The notes beneath the pieces are model-generated. The model was not told the origin of the DNA. It saw only the letters and a program-made list of their open reading frames with translations, and searched no databases. Below are positions 8,223 through 16,420 of a stretch of 57,297 nt of DNA, piece by piece. A program made the translations under genes and the position numbers. The stretch comes from a virus. Positions within the stretch are counted from its first letter, which is position 1, and each line of letters begins with the position of its first letter. The stretch spans positions 1-57,297 of IMG/VR virus record IMGVR_UViG_3300028146_000002; one strand, given 5' to 3'.

Positions 8223-9857
8223 ATGGACCTTCGTTGTTACCAAGATAAGGCTCACGCCGCGATCTTTGAGGCGTGGAAACGATTCGCGTCAACGTTGTTG
8301 GTGATGGCCACGGGGACAGGCAAGACCATCGTGCTCGCGCATGTCATCAAATCCATGTGGCTGAAGCGGGCGATGGTGCTCGCACATCGCACTGAACTGA
8401 TCCTCCAAGCGAAGGAGAAAATCATGGCCGTGACGGGCTTTGATGTGGAGATTGAGAAGGCTGACCTGTATGCCTGCGAGAGCCTTTACCATCGTATGCC
8501 GGTCGTTGTCAGTAGTATCCAGACCCAAATCAGCGGCCCGAAGGACAAGCGGCGGTATCTGCGGTTCAATCCTATGGACTTCGGAGTGCTCATCTGTGAT
8601 GAGGCGCATCACAGCACGAGCAAGAGTTGGAAGGAAGTCATCGCACATTATCGGCAGAATCCAGACCTGAAGGTGCTCGGGGTAACTGCGACACCCGACC
8701 GTTCGGACGGTGAGGCGATGGGTCAAATCTTTGAATCAGTCGCCTTTGAATACGGCATCCTGGACGCCATTCGCGATGGCTACCTAGTGGACATTACGCA
8801 GCAATTCGTGCGCGTCTCCACGCTGGACTATTCACATGTGCGGACGACGGCGGGCGATCTGAATGAGGGCGACCTGTCGAAGGTGATGGAGATGGAGGAA
8901 AATGTTCAGGGGCTTTGCCAGCCGTCGCTCGAAGCAATGTTTGGGCTTGCGCCCAAGACGCTGAGTGCCGTCCCGGTTCCTGATTGGAAACAGTATCTCT
9001 CGGGGCTTGGAAGGAAGCCGCGGCGAACCATCGTGTTTACGGTCTCGGTGGCACAGGCTGAGATGTGCGCCAGTGTGTTCAGCCGCGCACTGGATGGCGT
9101 TGAGTGGGTATGTGGTGAGACGAACAAGGAGAAGCGGGCGGCGATAGTTTCTCGCTTTGCGAGTGGAGACACGCATGTAGTTACAAATTGCGGCGTATTT
9201 TTAGAAGGGTTTGACAACGCTGGAGTAGAGCTAATCGTAATGGGTCGCCCAACCAAATCACGGGCGCTTTATACACAGGCCGTTGGCCGCGCCACTCGTC
9301 CGCTTCCCGGCATCGTGGATGGATTGGCGACCGCCGAAGAACGCCGTTCCGCTATTGCCGCCAGCCCAAAGCCCTTCGCCAGGATTTTAGACCCAGTGGG
9401 CAACAGCGGTCGCCATAAACTAATAAATTGCACAGACATCCTCGGTGGCCACATCTCCGAAGAAGCCCGCGAGGCAGCGGTCAAAAAGGCGATGGATGAA
9501 GGCAAGCCCGTCCGCATCATGGTCACGATGAACAATGCGGAGGCTGAGCTTGAGCGCAAAAAGCAGGAAGCGGCTGAACTCGCCCGCAAACGTGCCGATG
9601 CCCGCAAGGCTCATCTGTTGGCGCGTGCTGATTACGACATTCGTGACGTTGACGCCTTTGGCCAAACTGAGCGCATTCCGATGGGCCGTATGAGCCGAGA
9701 TGGGCGACAGTTCTCGGAGAAGCAGGCCAACGTTCTCCGTCGAGCGGGCATTGACCCGAACAAATTCGGATACCGTCAAGGGCAGGCAATTATCGGAAAA
9801 TTGATCGCAAAATGGAAGAAGGAATCAAATGAACGTCAAATGGCGACGGGTTACTAA
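8223..9857 (+). CDS. SF2 DEAH-box helicase
   Basis: Walker A ATGTGKT, motif II CDEAHH, and TATP. Confidence 0.85.
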   Translation: MDLRCYQDKAHAAIFEAWKRFASTLLVMATGTGKTIVLAHVIKSMWLKRAMVLAHRTELILQAKEKIMAVTGFDVEIEKADLYACESLYHRMPVVVSSIQTQISGPKDKRRYLRFNPMDFGVLICDEAHHSTSKSWKEVIAHYRQNPDLKVLGVTATPDRSDGEAMGQIFESVAFEYGILDAIRDGYLVDITQQFVRVSTLDYSHVRTTAGDLNEGDLSKVMEMEENVQGLCQPSLEAMFGLAPKTLSAVPVPDWKQYLSGLGRKPRRTIVFTVSVAQAEMCASVFSRALDGVEWVCGETNKEKRAAIVSRFASGDTHVVTNCGVFLEGFDNAGVELIVMGRPTKSRALYTQAVGRATRPLPGIVDGLATAEERRSAIAASPKPFARILDPVGNSGRHKLINCTDILGGHISEEAREAAVKKAMDEGKPVRIMVTMNNAEAELERKKQEAAELARKRADARKAHLLARADYDIRDVDAFGQTERIPMGRMSRDGRQFSEKQANVLRRAGIDPNKFGYRQGQAIIGKLIAKWKKESNERQMATGY

Positions 9858-10620
9858 GCAGTGCAAATGCCAGATCTGCCAGAAGGATGGATGGTGCACC
9901 GTGAGTGAGATGGGTCATTGCTGCATGAGAATTTCAAGCGACCGCCCAATGCGAAATGGCGGGTGGCTGCATCCACTGAATGGCAAGCGCGTCGAACTTC
10001 CGCCACCTGAACCTGAAAAGCCTTCCATCAACTGCACCGCTATCATGCGCGATCTTTGGCGCAAGACCACTGACACGCAACGCAGTGAACTTGCCGAACG
10101 ATTGGGCGTCTCATTGTTCGCCATTCGTTGCGTCGGTGCGTGCTGGCATCCTGCCTTCAACGCGTGGGCATTCCCGATGGCTGATGCTTTCGGTTGTATA
10201 GTGGGCATTCGTCTGCGCAATGATTCAGGTCGCAAATGGGCAGTCTGCGGGAGCAGGCAGGGGATCTTCATCCCGGTTCATTGCCCACCGCAGCCTTTGG
10301 TGTTCGTGTGTGAAGGACCGACAGATACCGCAGCCGCACTCACCATCGGATTGTTCGCCATTGGCCGGCCAAGCTGCTCGGGTGCTGTGGAGCAAACCGC
10401 ACAGGCAATCTCCCGCTTTCGTTGCCAGCGTGCCGTGCTCATTTCAGACAATGACAACGCAGGCAGCGTGGGCGCAAGGACACTCGCCGAGCGATTGCCC
10501 ATTCCAAGCTGCATCACGGTTCTGCCCGCGAAGGACATGCGTGAATTCGTGCGGATGGGCGGCACATCGGAACTCCTGGAATCACTCACAAATTCGCTTG
10601 TATGGAATCAACCACATTGA
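9829..10620 (+). CDS. DNA primase (zinc finger plus Toprim domain)
   Basis: N-terminal CKCQIC...CC zinc cluster. Toprim motifs VCEGPTD and SDNDNAG. Confidence 0.7.
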   Translation: MNVKWRRVTKQCKCQICQKDGWCTVSEMGHCCMRISSDRPMRNGGWLHPLNGKRVELPPPEPEKPSINCTAIMRDLWRKTTDTQRSELAERLGVSLFAIRCVGACWHPAFNAWAFPMADAFGCIVGIRLRNDSGRKWAVCGSRQGIFIPVHCPPQPLVFVCEGPTDTAAALTIGLFAIGRPSCSGAVEQTAQAISRFRCQRAVLISDNDNAGSVGARTLAERLPIPSCITVLPAKDMREFVRMGGTSELLESLTNSLVWNQPH

Positions 10621-10925
10621 AGCTATTGAAACGCCTTAGCCAACCGCATCCGCGCCCTGAAGAAAGGAACCAAGTGAGAAACGGTCACTTGCGAATGCCG
10701 ATGACGAAACGCATTGCTGAAATGGAGATCGGTCAATCAATCCTTGTGGATACCCACAAAGACCGATGCCACGCGCTTAACTTTGGACGGCTGAACGGAA
10801 TAACGCTGTCCACACGCAAAGAAAACGGCGCCGGCTATCGCATCTGGAAAACCTCAGATGAGCCAGCCAAACGAAAATCAGGCAAACCACGGAGCGAACG
10901 ACGGGTGTACGTGTTGAACCCATGA
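10602..10925 (+). CDS. Hypothetical protein (start uncertain)
   Basis: 107-aa ORF. An alternative ATG lies near 10696. Confidence 0.4.
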   Translation: MESTTLKLLKRLSQPHPRPEERNQVRNGHLRMPMTKRIAEMEIGQSILVDTHKDRCHALNFGRLNGITLSTRKENGAGYRIWKTSDEPAKRKSGKPRSERRVYVLNP

Positions 10926-10928
10926 CAA

Positions 10929-11951
10929 ATGAATTTCTACAATGAAATTGACCCTGGAAAAGCAGCCTGGTTGCGTGAACTCATCCGGCGCGACGTTATC
11001 AGCCCCGGCAGAGTTGAGGAGCGGTCCGTCCTCGAACTCTCAGACGCTGGACTTGTTCGCTACCGACAGTTCCATTTCTTCGCCGGGATCGGTATCTGGT
11101 CCTACGCCCTCAGACTCGCCGGCTGGCCAGATGACCGCGAAGTCTGGACCGGAAGCTGCCCCTGCCAGCCCTTCTCCGTCGCCGGCCAAGGTAAAGGCAC
11201 GGCAGACGAGAGACACCTTTGGCCAGCTTGGTTTCGACTTATCAGCCTCCGACGCCCTGTCGTGGTCTTTGGCGAGCAGGTTGCGGACGGTGACGGACAG
11301 ACTTGGCTCGACGCTGTTCAATCTGACATGGAATCAATTGACTACCGCTTCGGGTCGGTTGCGCTTCCGGCTGCGGGCTTCGGTGCGCCGCACGGCAGGC
11401 ACAGGACTTTCTTCGTGGCCGACACCGCAGACCGTGGAACCATCGAGCGCAGACAGGCCATCACGCGCGGCAACGGGCCGGAAGTCGGAATACCTCGGGA
11501 GAACGGCGAATCTAGCATCCTGGCCAACGCCTCAGAGTTCGGACATGACGGGCGGCGGGCAAGCGAAGCGAACGGAGCAGGCAGGTACATCAAAGAACCT
11601 GAACGACTTTGCACTGCTGGCGAGTTGGGCGACGCCAACGAAGCGGGACTGGCGCAGCAACGAAGCAACCGAGGAATATCACAAGGCCAGGCGCAGCCAC
11701 ACACGCGGCAAAGCACTGAACGAGCAGGTTCACCAACTAACGGCTTCTGGCACGATGCCGAATGGCTCCCCTGCACAGACGGAAAAGCGCGGGCAGTTGA
11801 ACCCGGCACATTCCCGCTGGCTCATGGCGCTCCCGCCCGTGTTCTGCGACTGCGCGGTTTCGGCGATGGCATCGTTGCGAGCGTTGCGGCGGAATTCATC
11901 AAAGCGTACATCGAAACCCAACAACCCCTAACCCCTTTAAACGATGCGTAA
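10929..11951 (+). CDS. dcm: DNA (cytosine-5)-methyltransferase
   Basis: Motif I FAGIG (11079), motif IV PCQPFS (11160..11177), motif VI GEQV, motif VIII GAPHGRHRTFFVA (11382..11420), and motif X-like GFGDGIV (11856..11876). Confidence 0.85.
   Translation: MNFYNEIDPGKAAWLRELIRRDVISPGRVEERSVLELSDAGLVRYRQFHFFAGIGIWSYALRLAGWPDDREVWTGSCPCQPFSVAGQGKGTADERHLWPAWFRLISLRRPVVVFGEQVADGDGQTWLDAVQSDMESIDYRFGSVALPAAGFGAPHGRHRTFFVADTADRGTIERRQAITRGNGPEVGIPRENGESSILANASEFGHDGRRASEANGAGRYIKEPERLCTAGELGDANEAGLAQQRSNRGISQGQAQPHTRQSTERAGSPTNGFWHDAEWLPCTDGKARAVEPGTFPLAHGAPARVLRLRGFGDGIVASVAAEFIKAYIETQQPLTPLNDA
10942..11931 (+). CDS. 329-codon ORF in the +1 frame of dcm, encoding a WPTP-repeat protein (candidate overprinted gene)
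   Basis: The frame is stop-free along the whole dcm gene. It contains GSTLFNLTW..LRASVRRT..SSWPTPQ, then ASWPTPQSSD, ASWATPTKRDW and LNPAHSRWLMALPP. I recognise these as recurrent motifs of phage methylase-associated proteins. Confidence 0.45.
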   Translation: MKLTLEKQPGCVNSSGATLSAPAELRSGPSSNSQTLDLFATDSSISSPGSVSGPTPSDSPAGQMTAKSGPEAAPASPSPSPAKVKARQTRDTFGQLGFDLSASDALSWSLASRLRTVTDRLGSTLFNLTWNQLTTASGRLRFRLRASVRRTAGTGLSSWPTPQTVEPSSADRPSRAATGRKSEYLGRTANLASWPTPQSSDMTGGGQAKRTEQAGTSKNLNDFALLASWATPTKRDWRSNEATEEYHKARRSHTRGKALNEQVHQLTASGTMPNGSPAQTEKRGQLNPAHSRWLMALPPVFCDCAVSAMASLRALRRNSSKRTSKPNNP

Positions 11952-12144
11952 GAGTGTAACCTTTTCAGCGCGGTTGAATGACGACGGTTCGTGGCGTGGA
12001 ATGGTTTGGGATGCCAGCCACGAGGTCAAAAGCCCGCTGTTAATTGTGGGGCACTCAAACGGCGAATATTTCTACAGCCGAAAAGATGCCATCCGCGCAG
12101 CTAAACAACGGTTTGAAAACCCACCTGAGACGAAAAGAAAGTGA
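11944..12144 (+). CDS. Hypothetical small protein
   Basis: 66-aa ORF. Confidence 0.45.
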   Translation: MRKSVTFSARLNDDGSWRGMVWDASHEVKSPLLIVGHSNGEYFYSRKDAIRAAKQRFENPPETKRK

Positions 12145-12147
12145 AGA

Positions 12148-12554
12148 ATGAAATCACAGTCACCGGGCGAAAGCTCGTCATCTCGGAAGCGACTAAAAGG
12201 CGCAATCCCCACCTGTTTAATCCTGGTGGACTGGAAGCCGGTCAGCCCGAACCAACTCCTGCGAAAGCATTGGTCCGCAATCACCCGAAACAAGAACGCC
12301 GCAAAGACGGCCTGGCAGTCTGCATTAGCCTTACGGCCATTCGCCGCAGATTGCTTGATGATGATAATAACGTCGGCAGTTTCAAACCCTTACGAGACGC
12401 CATCGCCGAAACCATCGGGATTGATGACGGGTCAGACCGCATCCAATGGCGATACTTCCAGCAGCAAACCACAGGGCGGGAGTGTGTAGCCGTGCTCATC
12501 ACACTAACCAAAAGCCAAACCGGAACGAAGCCGACTACAGGCCAGAGAAATTGA
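12148..12554 (+). CDS. rusA: RusA-like Holliday-junction resolvase whose N- and C-terminal motifs lie in different frames (needs a -1 shift near 12290..12335)
   Basis: The frame of ATG 12148 gives WKPVSPNQLLRKHWSAITRNKNAAKTAW, an N-terminal RusA-like motif. The frame of 12141 gives VCISLTAIRRRLLDDDNNVGSFKPLRDAIAETIGIDDGSD, the catalytic D.DN ... DD pattern. Confidence 0.5.
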
Positions 12555-12594
12555 GCCACATGAAATCCACCCCCAACACAGAACGAAAGGAAAT

Positions 12595-13272
12595 ATGAGT
12601 GAGGACGAAGAAATCAGCCCGTATGCGTTAATCGGCACATTGCAGCAACGCATCGCCGAGCTTGAGGCGCAGTTGGAATTGTCGCGTATGCAAGTCGCCG
12701 CCGTGATGACCGCAACGGTTCAAAACAGCGAATCAACCATCAAAGACCGAATCGGGAGAGACCACCATTATTGGACTCAAGCTTACGCTGACGTGTGCAT
12801 AGCCGTTGACCGCGAGGTGGCACATCGGAAAGAACGAGAACGCCTTGAGAAAGAGAACGCGGAGCTGCGGGCTACGAACGAGCATTTGAGCGAAAATCTC
12901 CGACTCAAAATAGCAGCCTACCAAGAGTGCGACCAACTCCGCGCCCAAGTCGTGCGGTTGCGGGAGGCGCTGAAGGAGATAAATACCATTGGCGCTGGCT
13001 CGCAGTTCTCGCTTGCAATGCACATGGCCTGTCGCGCGAAGGACTATCTCTCCGAATCACCCCAACAGGCCGCCAAAGAGATGTTGGGGCCGATGCATGT
13101 TGCCCTGAGCAATTGGCATTCATTCGGACCAGACCTCGCGCAACTATTGGATGGATGGCACAACGACGGGACCGTATGGAGCGAGCACGACGAATCAATC
13201 AGGAAGAAATTGGCGCTACTGCAAGCGACCACACAGAAAGAGATCGAAAGGATCGAGCGCGTGTTGGGGTGA
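12595..13272 (+). CDS. Hypothetical coiled-coil protein
   Basis: 225 aa with heptad-rich ELEAQLE and ERLEKENAELRA segments. Confidence 0.5.
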   Translation: MSEDEEISPYALIGTLQQRIAELEAQLELSRMQVAAVMTATVQNSESTIKDRIGRDHHYWTQAYADVCIAVDREVAHRKERERLEKENAELRATNEHLSENLRLKIAAYQECDQLRAQVVRLREALKEINTIGAGSQFSLAMHMACRAKDYLSESPQQAAKEMLGPMHVALSNWHSFGPDLAQLLDGWHNDGTVWSEHDESIRKKLALLQATTQKEIERIERVLG

Positions 13273-13502
13273 AGACTGATCGCTATTCCATCCACGTCTT
13301 CAATGGACGCTACCGCATCTCCATTGATGGCGTGGTCATGCTCTCGTTCAACCAGATTGATTTCAAGGGGTATTACGCGTTCAAGGACGACCACCTGCTT
13401 TACGGGATCGACTTTTACCTCAAGGATACCACCATCGAAACGTCATACAAAACCAAGGAAGTGTGGCTGGGCGTTCTGGAATTGCTGGATAAAACGATAT
13501 GA
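13269..13502 (+). CDS. Hypothetical small protein (GTG start)
   Basis: GTGA overlap with the upstream stop. Confidence 0.4.
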   Translation: MKTDRYSIHVFNGRYRISIDGVVMLSFNQIDFKGYYAFKDDHLLYGIDFYLKDTTIETSYKTKEVWLGVLELLDKTI

Positions 13503-13681
13503 ACTGGAAGCCAAACATTCAAGAGGGTGGGCGTCTCGGCGAAATTATTGACCTTTGCCATGATGCCTTAATTGGCCAGGGGCCGGCTGACCGGCAGACG
13601 TTCTGCATGGCTTTGCGCGCGGCGGCCGATAAGATTGATGCGATGCCGGCGAAGTTAAAACCCGATGAACTGGTTCCTTAG
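13499..13681 (+). CDS. Hypothetical small protein
   Basis: ATGA overlap with the upstream stop. Confidence 0.4.
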   Translation: MNWKPNIQEGGRLGEIIDLCHDALIGQGPADRQTFCMALRAAADKIDAMPAKLKPDELVP

Positions 13682-14159
13682 CCATCGCGCGGATAGGCGA
13701 GCCTTGCCACTGGCCGACCGGCATTACAACCGGCAAAAGGTTGGTTCGCCGCAGTTCGTTCCGCCCGGTCGCTGTATCGTTCTGCTGACAAATGACGCCG
13801 ATGCTCTGTGGGTGTCGTCGTGGCCATTCGCTGAATACGTGAAGCACGCTTGGGCTGGTGCATGGATTTGCAGCTGTTTCAGGAATGAGTCGGAAGTTCT
13901 GTCGTCGGTGCTGATTGCCGAGGCGGTGGCTGTCACCCGCAGCATCTGGGGAATCCCGCCACCACTCGGAATGGTAACGTTCGTGGACACGGCCAAGACC
14001 CGCCCGAAGCGCGACCCCGGAAGGTGCTACCGGCGCGCTGGATTCGTCCCCTGCGGACACACCAAGGGCGGATTATTCGCCCTCCGATTGACCCCGGAAT
14101 CCATGCCATTGCCAGCCAATCCAGTGAACTTTCAACCATCCCTTGAAATCTCCGCTTGA
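13665..14159 (+). CDS. Conserved phage protein of unknown function
   Basis: The FRNES..SSVLIAEAV...GMVTFVD...PGRCYRRAGF pattern recurs in phage proteins. Function unknown. Confidence 0.45.
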   Translation: MNWFLSHRADRRALPLADRHYNRQKVGSPQFVPPGRCIVLLTNDADALWVSSWPFAEYVKHAWAGAWICSCFRNESEVLSSVLIAEAVAVTRSIWGIPPPLGMVTFVDTAKTRPKRDPGRCYRRAGFVPCGHTKGGLFALRLTPESMPLPANPVNFQPSLEISA

Positions 14160-14201
14160 CAAAAAGGCGGAATCGTAGGAAATGTTGCGCGTGTCAAATA
14201 C

Positions 14202-14299
14202 GGGCTTGAGCCTTCAAGAATCTGACCGAAAGGTCGGAAGTCGCAAGCCCGTGACTTCAATTGCCCCCGTTCTCGACACAAGAACGGGGGACTCTTTCC
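14202..14299 (+). ncRNA. Candidate small structured RNA or attenuator: a 49-nt compound hairpin followed by a terminator-like hairpin
   Basis: GGGCTTG(14202)...CAAGCCC(14250) encloses CTTC/GAAG and GACC-GAAA-GGTC. Next comes CCCCCGTTCT-cgacaca-AGAACGGGGG (14264..14290) followed by ACTCTTTCC. A TTGACA lies at 14156. Confidence 0.35.
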
Positions 14300-14693
14300 G
14301 TGGTGTAACCGACCAGCACATCAAGGGTCTGCCCTTGAAGGACGTGGTGCAACTCCACGCGGGAAACAAATACCCAAACAAAGCCGGGGCTGGTCAGCAA
14401 CGGCGAAAGGCGACAGCAGCGAGACGGGTTATAACCATGTGCAGGGAGTCTGCCTTGTATCGTGGCCAGATCGTTTGCCGGGAGGGGCGAGATTGCAACT
14501 CCGCTCCGATGTCGAAAACCCCACTTTGGAAAGGCTTAGCGGCCAATTCTTGTGGCAAAACCGGATATGTGGCTGCCGAGAATAGCCGCCAAGTGACCAG
14601 CCCCAATGATTTCCCGCTCCCAAGGCACCCCGGCAGGGGAAATAATCGGCGGTGGATTGCAACCCATCGTGAGCTAAAGGGCGGGATCTTTGT

Positions 14694-14915
14694 ATGAGCA
14701 CGGGCACCATCCAGGAAGTCGTCGTCACCACTCCGGATGGGCGGAAGCACAAATCACAATGGGAACGGCATGGCAAAATCTGGATTTGCTTCTATGCCGA
14801 GCGTGCCGTCCGGCAGCTTTCCGAGAGATTGGCGACCGGCGCCAGGATGAGGCACCTGCGGGACATGTACGGATACAGGTTCCGTCCGGATTTAAGCACG
14901 ACGAATCCGCTATGA
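14694..14915 (+). CDS. Hypothetical small protein
   Basis: 73-aa ORF with an ATGA overlap to the next ORF. Confidence 0.4.
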   Translation: MSTGTIQEVVVTTPDGRKHKSQWERHGKIWICFYAERAVRQLSERLATGARMRHLRDMYGYRFRPDLSTTNPL

Positions 14916-15394
14916 CCATCGGCTCAACAGTTGTTCTCGCCCATGACCACTCCATCCGGGGCGTAGTCGAGGACATCGCCGGTGGCACCGTCCGGGTTTG
15001 CCTCACTGACAGCCGAAAAGTCGTCAACCTAGCATCCAATCACGTTTGCCTTGCCCCGCAGCGCCGGCCACCCAACGCCCATCGGCACCGAAAACACCGC
15101 CGCAGCGCCAAGGCGCCCAATCGTACGCATCCCCGTTCGGTCCAGATTGACGCCATCATCGAAGCCACCCACCCAAAGGCATCGGGGCGCGCCCTGTGGA
15201 CGTTCGAGCAAGTGGGCCATCCAGGCCACGAGCCCGAATATCACTTTCATCGCTGGCGCTGTGTCGCCGCCGAGCCCGCCATCCGATGGATGCGCGGCCG
15301 AACCAATGTCAATGCCTGCCTGAACGAAGCGGAAAATTGCGGGTTCTCCTGCAACTTCCTCGACGCTCTCGAAGGCCAGAAAATCGATCTTTGA
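14912..15394 (+). CDS. Hypothetical protein
   Basis: In-frame ATG at 14912 (MTIGSTVVLAHD). Confidence 0.4.
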   Translation: MTIGSTVVLAHDHSIRGVVEDIAGGTVRVCLTDSRKVVNLASNHVCLAPQRRPPNAHRHRKHRRSAKAPNRTHPRSVQIDAIIEATHPKASGRALWTFEQVGHPGHEPEYHFHRWRCVAAEPAIRWMRGRTNVNACLNEAENCGFSCNFLDALEGQKIDL

Positions 15395-16062
15395 CAGTAC
15401 ATGCACGGCTCGTGTCCCGAGAGATCGGGGGGCCTGTCAACCTTGCCGCGGACTAAATATCCCCGCAGGTTGGTCGCGCCGGGAATTGGTAGCCCGGAAC
15501 GGCGTTCTACTACGCAGGTGAGCCAAACTCTAATATACCCGCCAGGTGCTTTAGCCAGCTAATTACTTGCTAGGCGGCCATGGCTGACGGCGCGCAATTC
15601 GGCGCCTCCGGTTGCCACAAGCACTTCCAACCGACAGCAGCCATGGACCAGTCCCGCTATTACCGTCGCCGTGCCTCTAACTGCCAAAATCTTAAATCCA
15701 GGAACGCAGGCGGGGTGCGTACATCCACGGTTCCCGCATATCCGTCCCGGAATCCAGCCAAGCTATCGCCTTTTCTCCAAACCGCAGAATAGCCCGCATC
15801 TGCCGAAACTCCGATTGACCCAAAGGCCACACTTCAATGCGACCCGAAGTTTACCATATCCACCTTGTGATAAAACGAGACTCCCACGGCGGCGACTCCA
15901 GCCTGGTTCCGGGGTGGCCGGGTGCACCCCGTGGGCACGGTCGCCGAAAAAGAGATTCCTTTCCTCGCCGGCGCCCACCTTGGACGGCGGAAATAGCGTC
16001 CGGATTGTGCGCAAGTCATTGCAACCTCAACGCTAACCCACAAATGGACTACATTTGTAGTG

Positions 16063-16410
16063 CTATTCGGGCGCTGGTTCCGCGCTGCTCGAGCTCGAGA
16101 CGGCCCGTCGTTTGGCCGTGGGCTTCAGGTTTCCAGGGTTTGGAATGTCCGCCAGATGAGACCATATCTTGTGCAATCGCTCGCGCGCCATTGTCAGATC
16201 CCGCCAGCCTGTCGGCTCGAGTTTGGGATTGTCCAGAAGGTCATCAAGCCGCGCTATCTGCTTTTCTACCCGCACAAGCGCACGAGCCCTTTCACGGTCT
16301 GGCTCCGGTTTTGGTATCGGTTCGACCGGAGGCTTCAGGGCATTGGCGCGTCTGACTTCGATTGCGAGTTTGGCCATTTCCCGGGCGTTTTCACTGGTGA
16401 TCAATGCCAT
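16063..16410 (-). CDS. Hypothetical protein (MALITSENAREMAKLA...)
   Basis: Internal ATG at 16410 chosen as the start. The upstream part of the ORF overlaps the repeat region. Confidence 0.4.
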   Translation of the reverse strand: MALITSENAREMAKLAIEVRRANALKPPVEPIPKPEPDRERARALVRVEKQIARLDDLLDNPKLEPTGWRDLTMARERLHKIWSHLADIPNPGNLKPTAKRRAVSSSSSAEPAPE

Positions 16411-16420
16411 GCGGTACGCA

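Noticed and set aside
14182-14697. A 171-aa ORF filling the long intergenic region.
   Set aside because: It has no ribosome-binding site and an odd composition. Its sequence coincides with multiple strong hairpins, including a terminator-like one. I treated the region as non-coding.
15473-15560. A tRNA-like D-arm string (GGAATTGGTAGCCCGG).
   Set aside because: I could not build an acceptor stem, an anticodon arm or a GTTCGAATC-type T-arm, so no cloverleaf forms.
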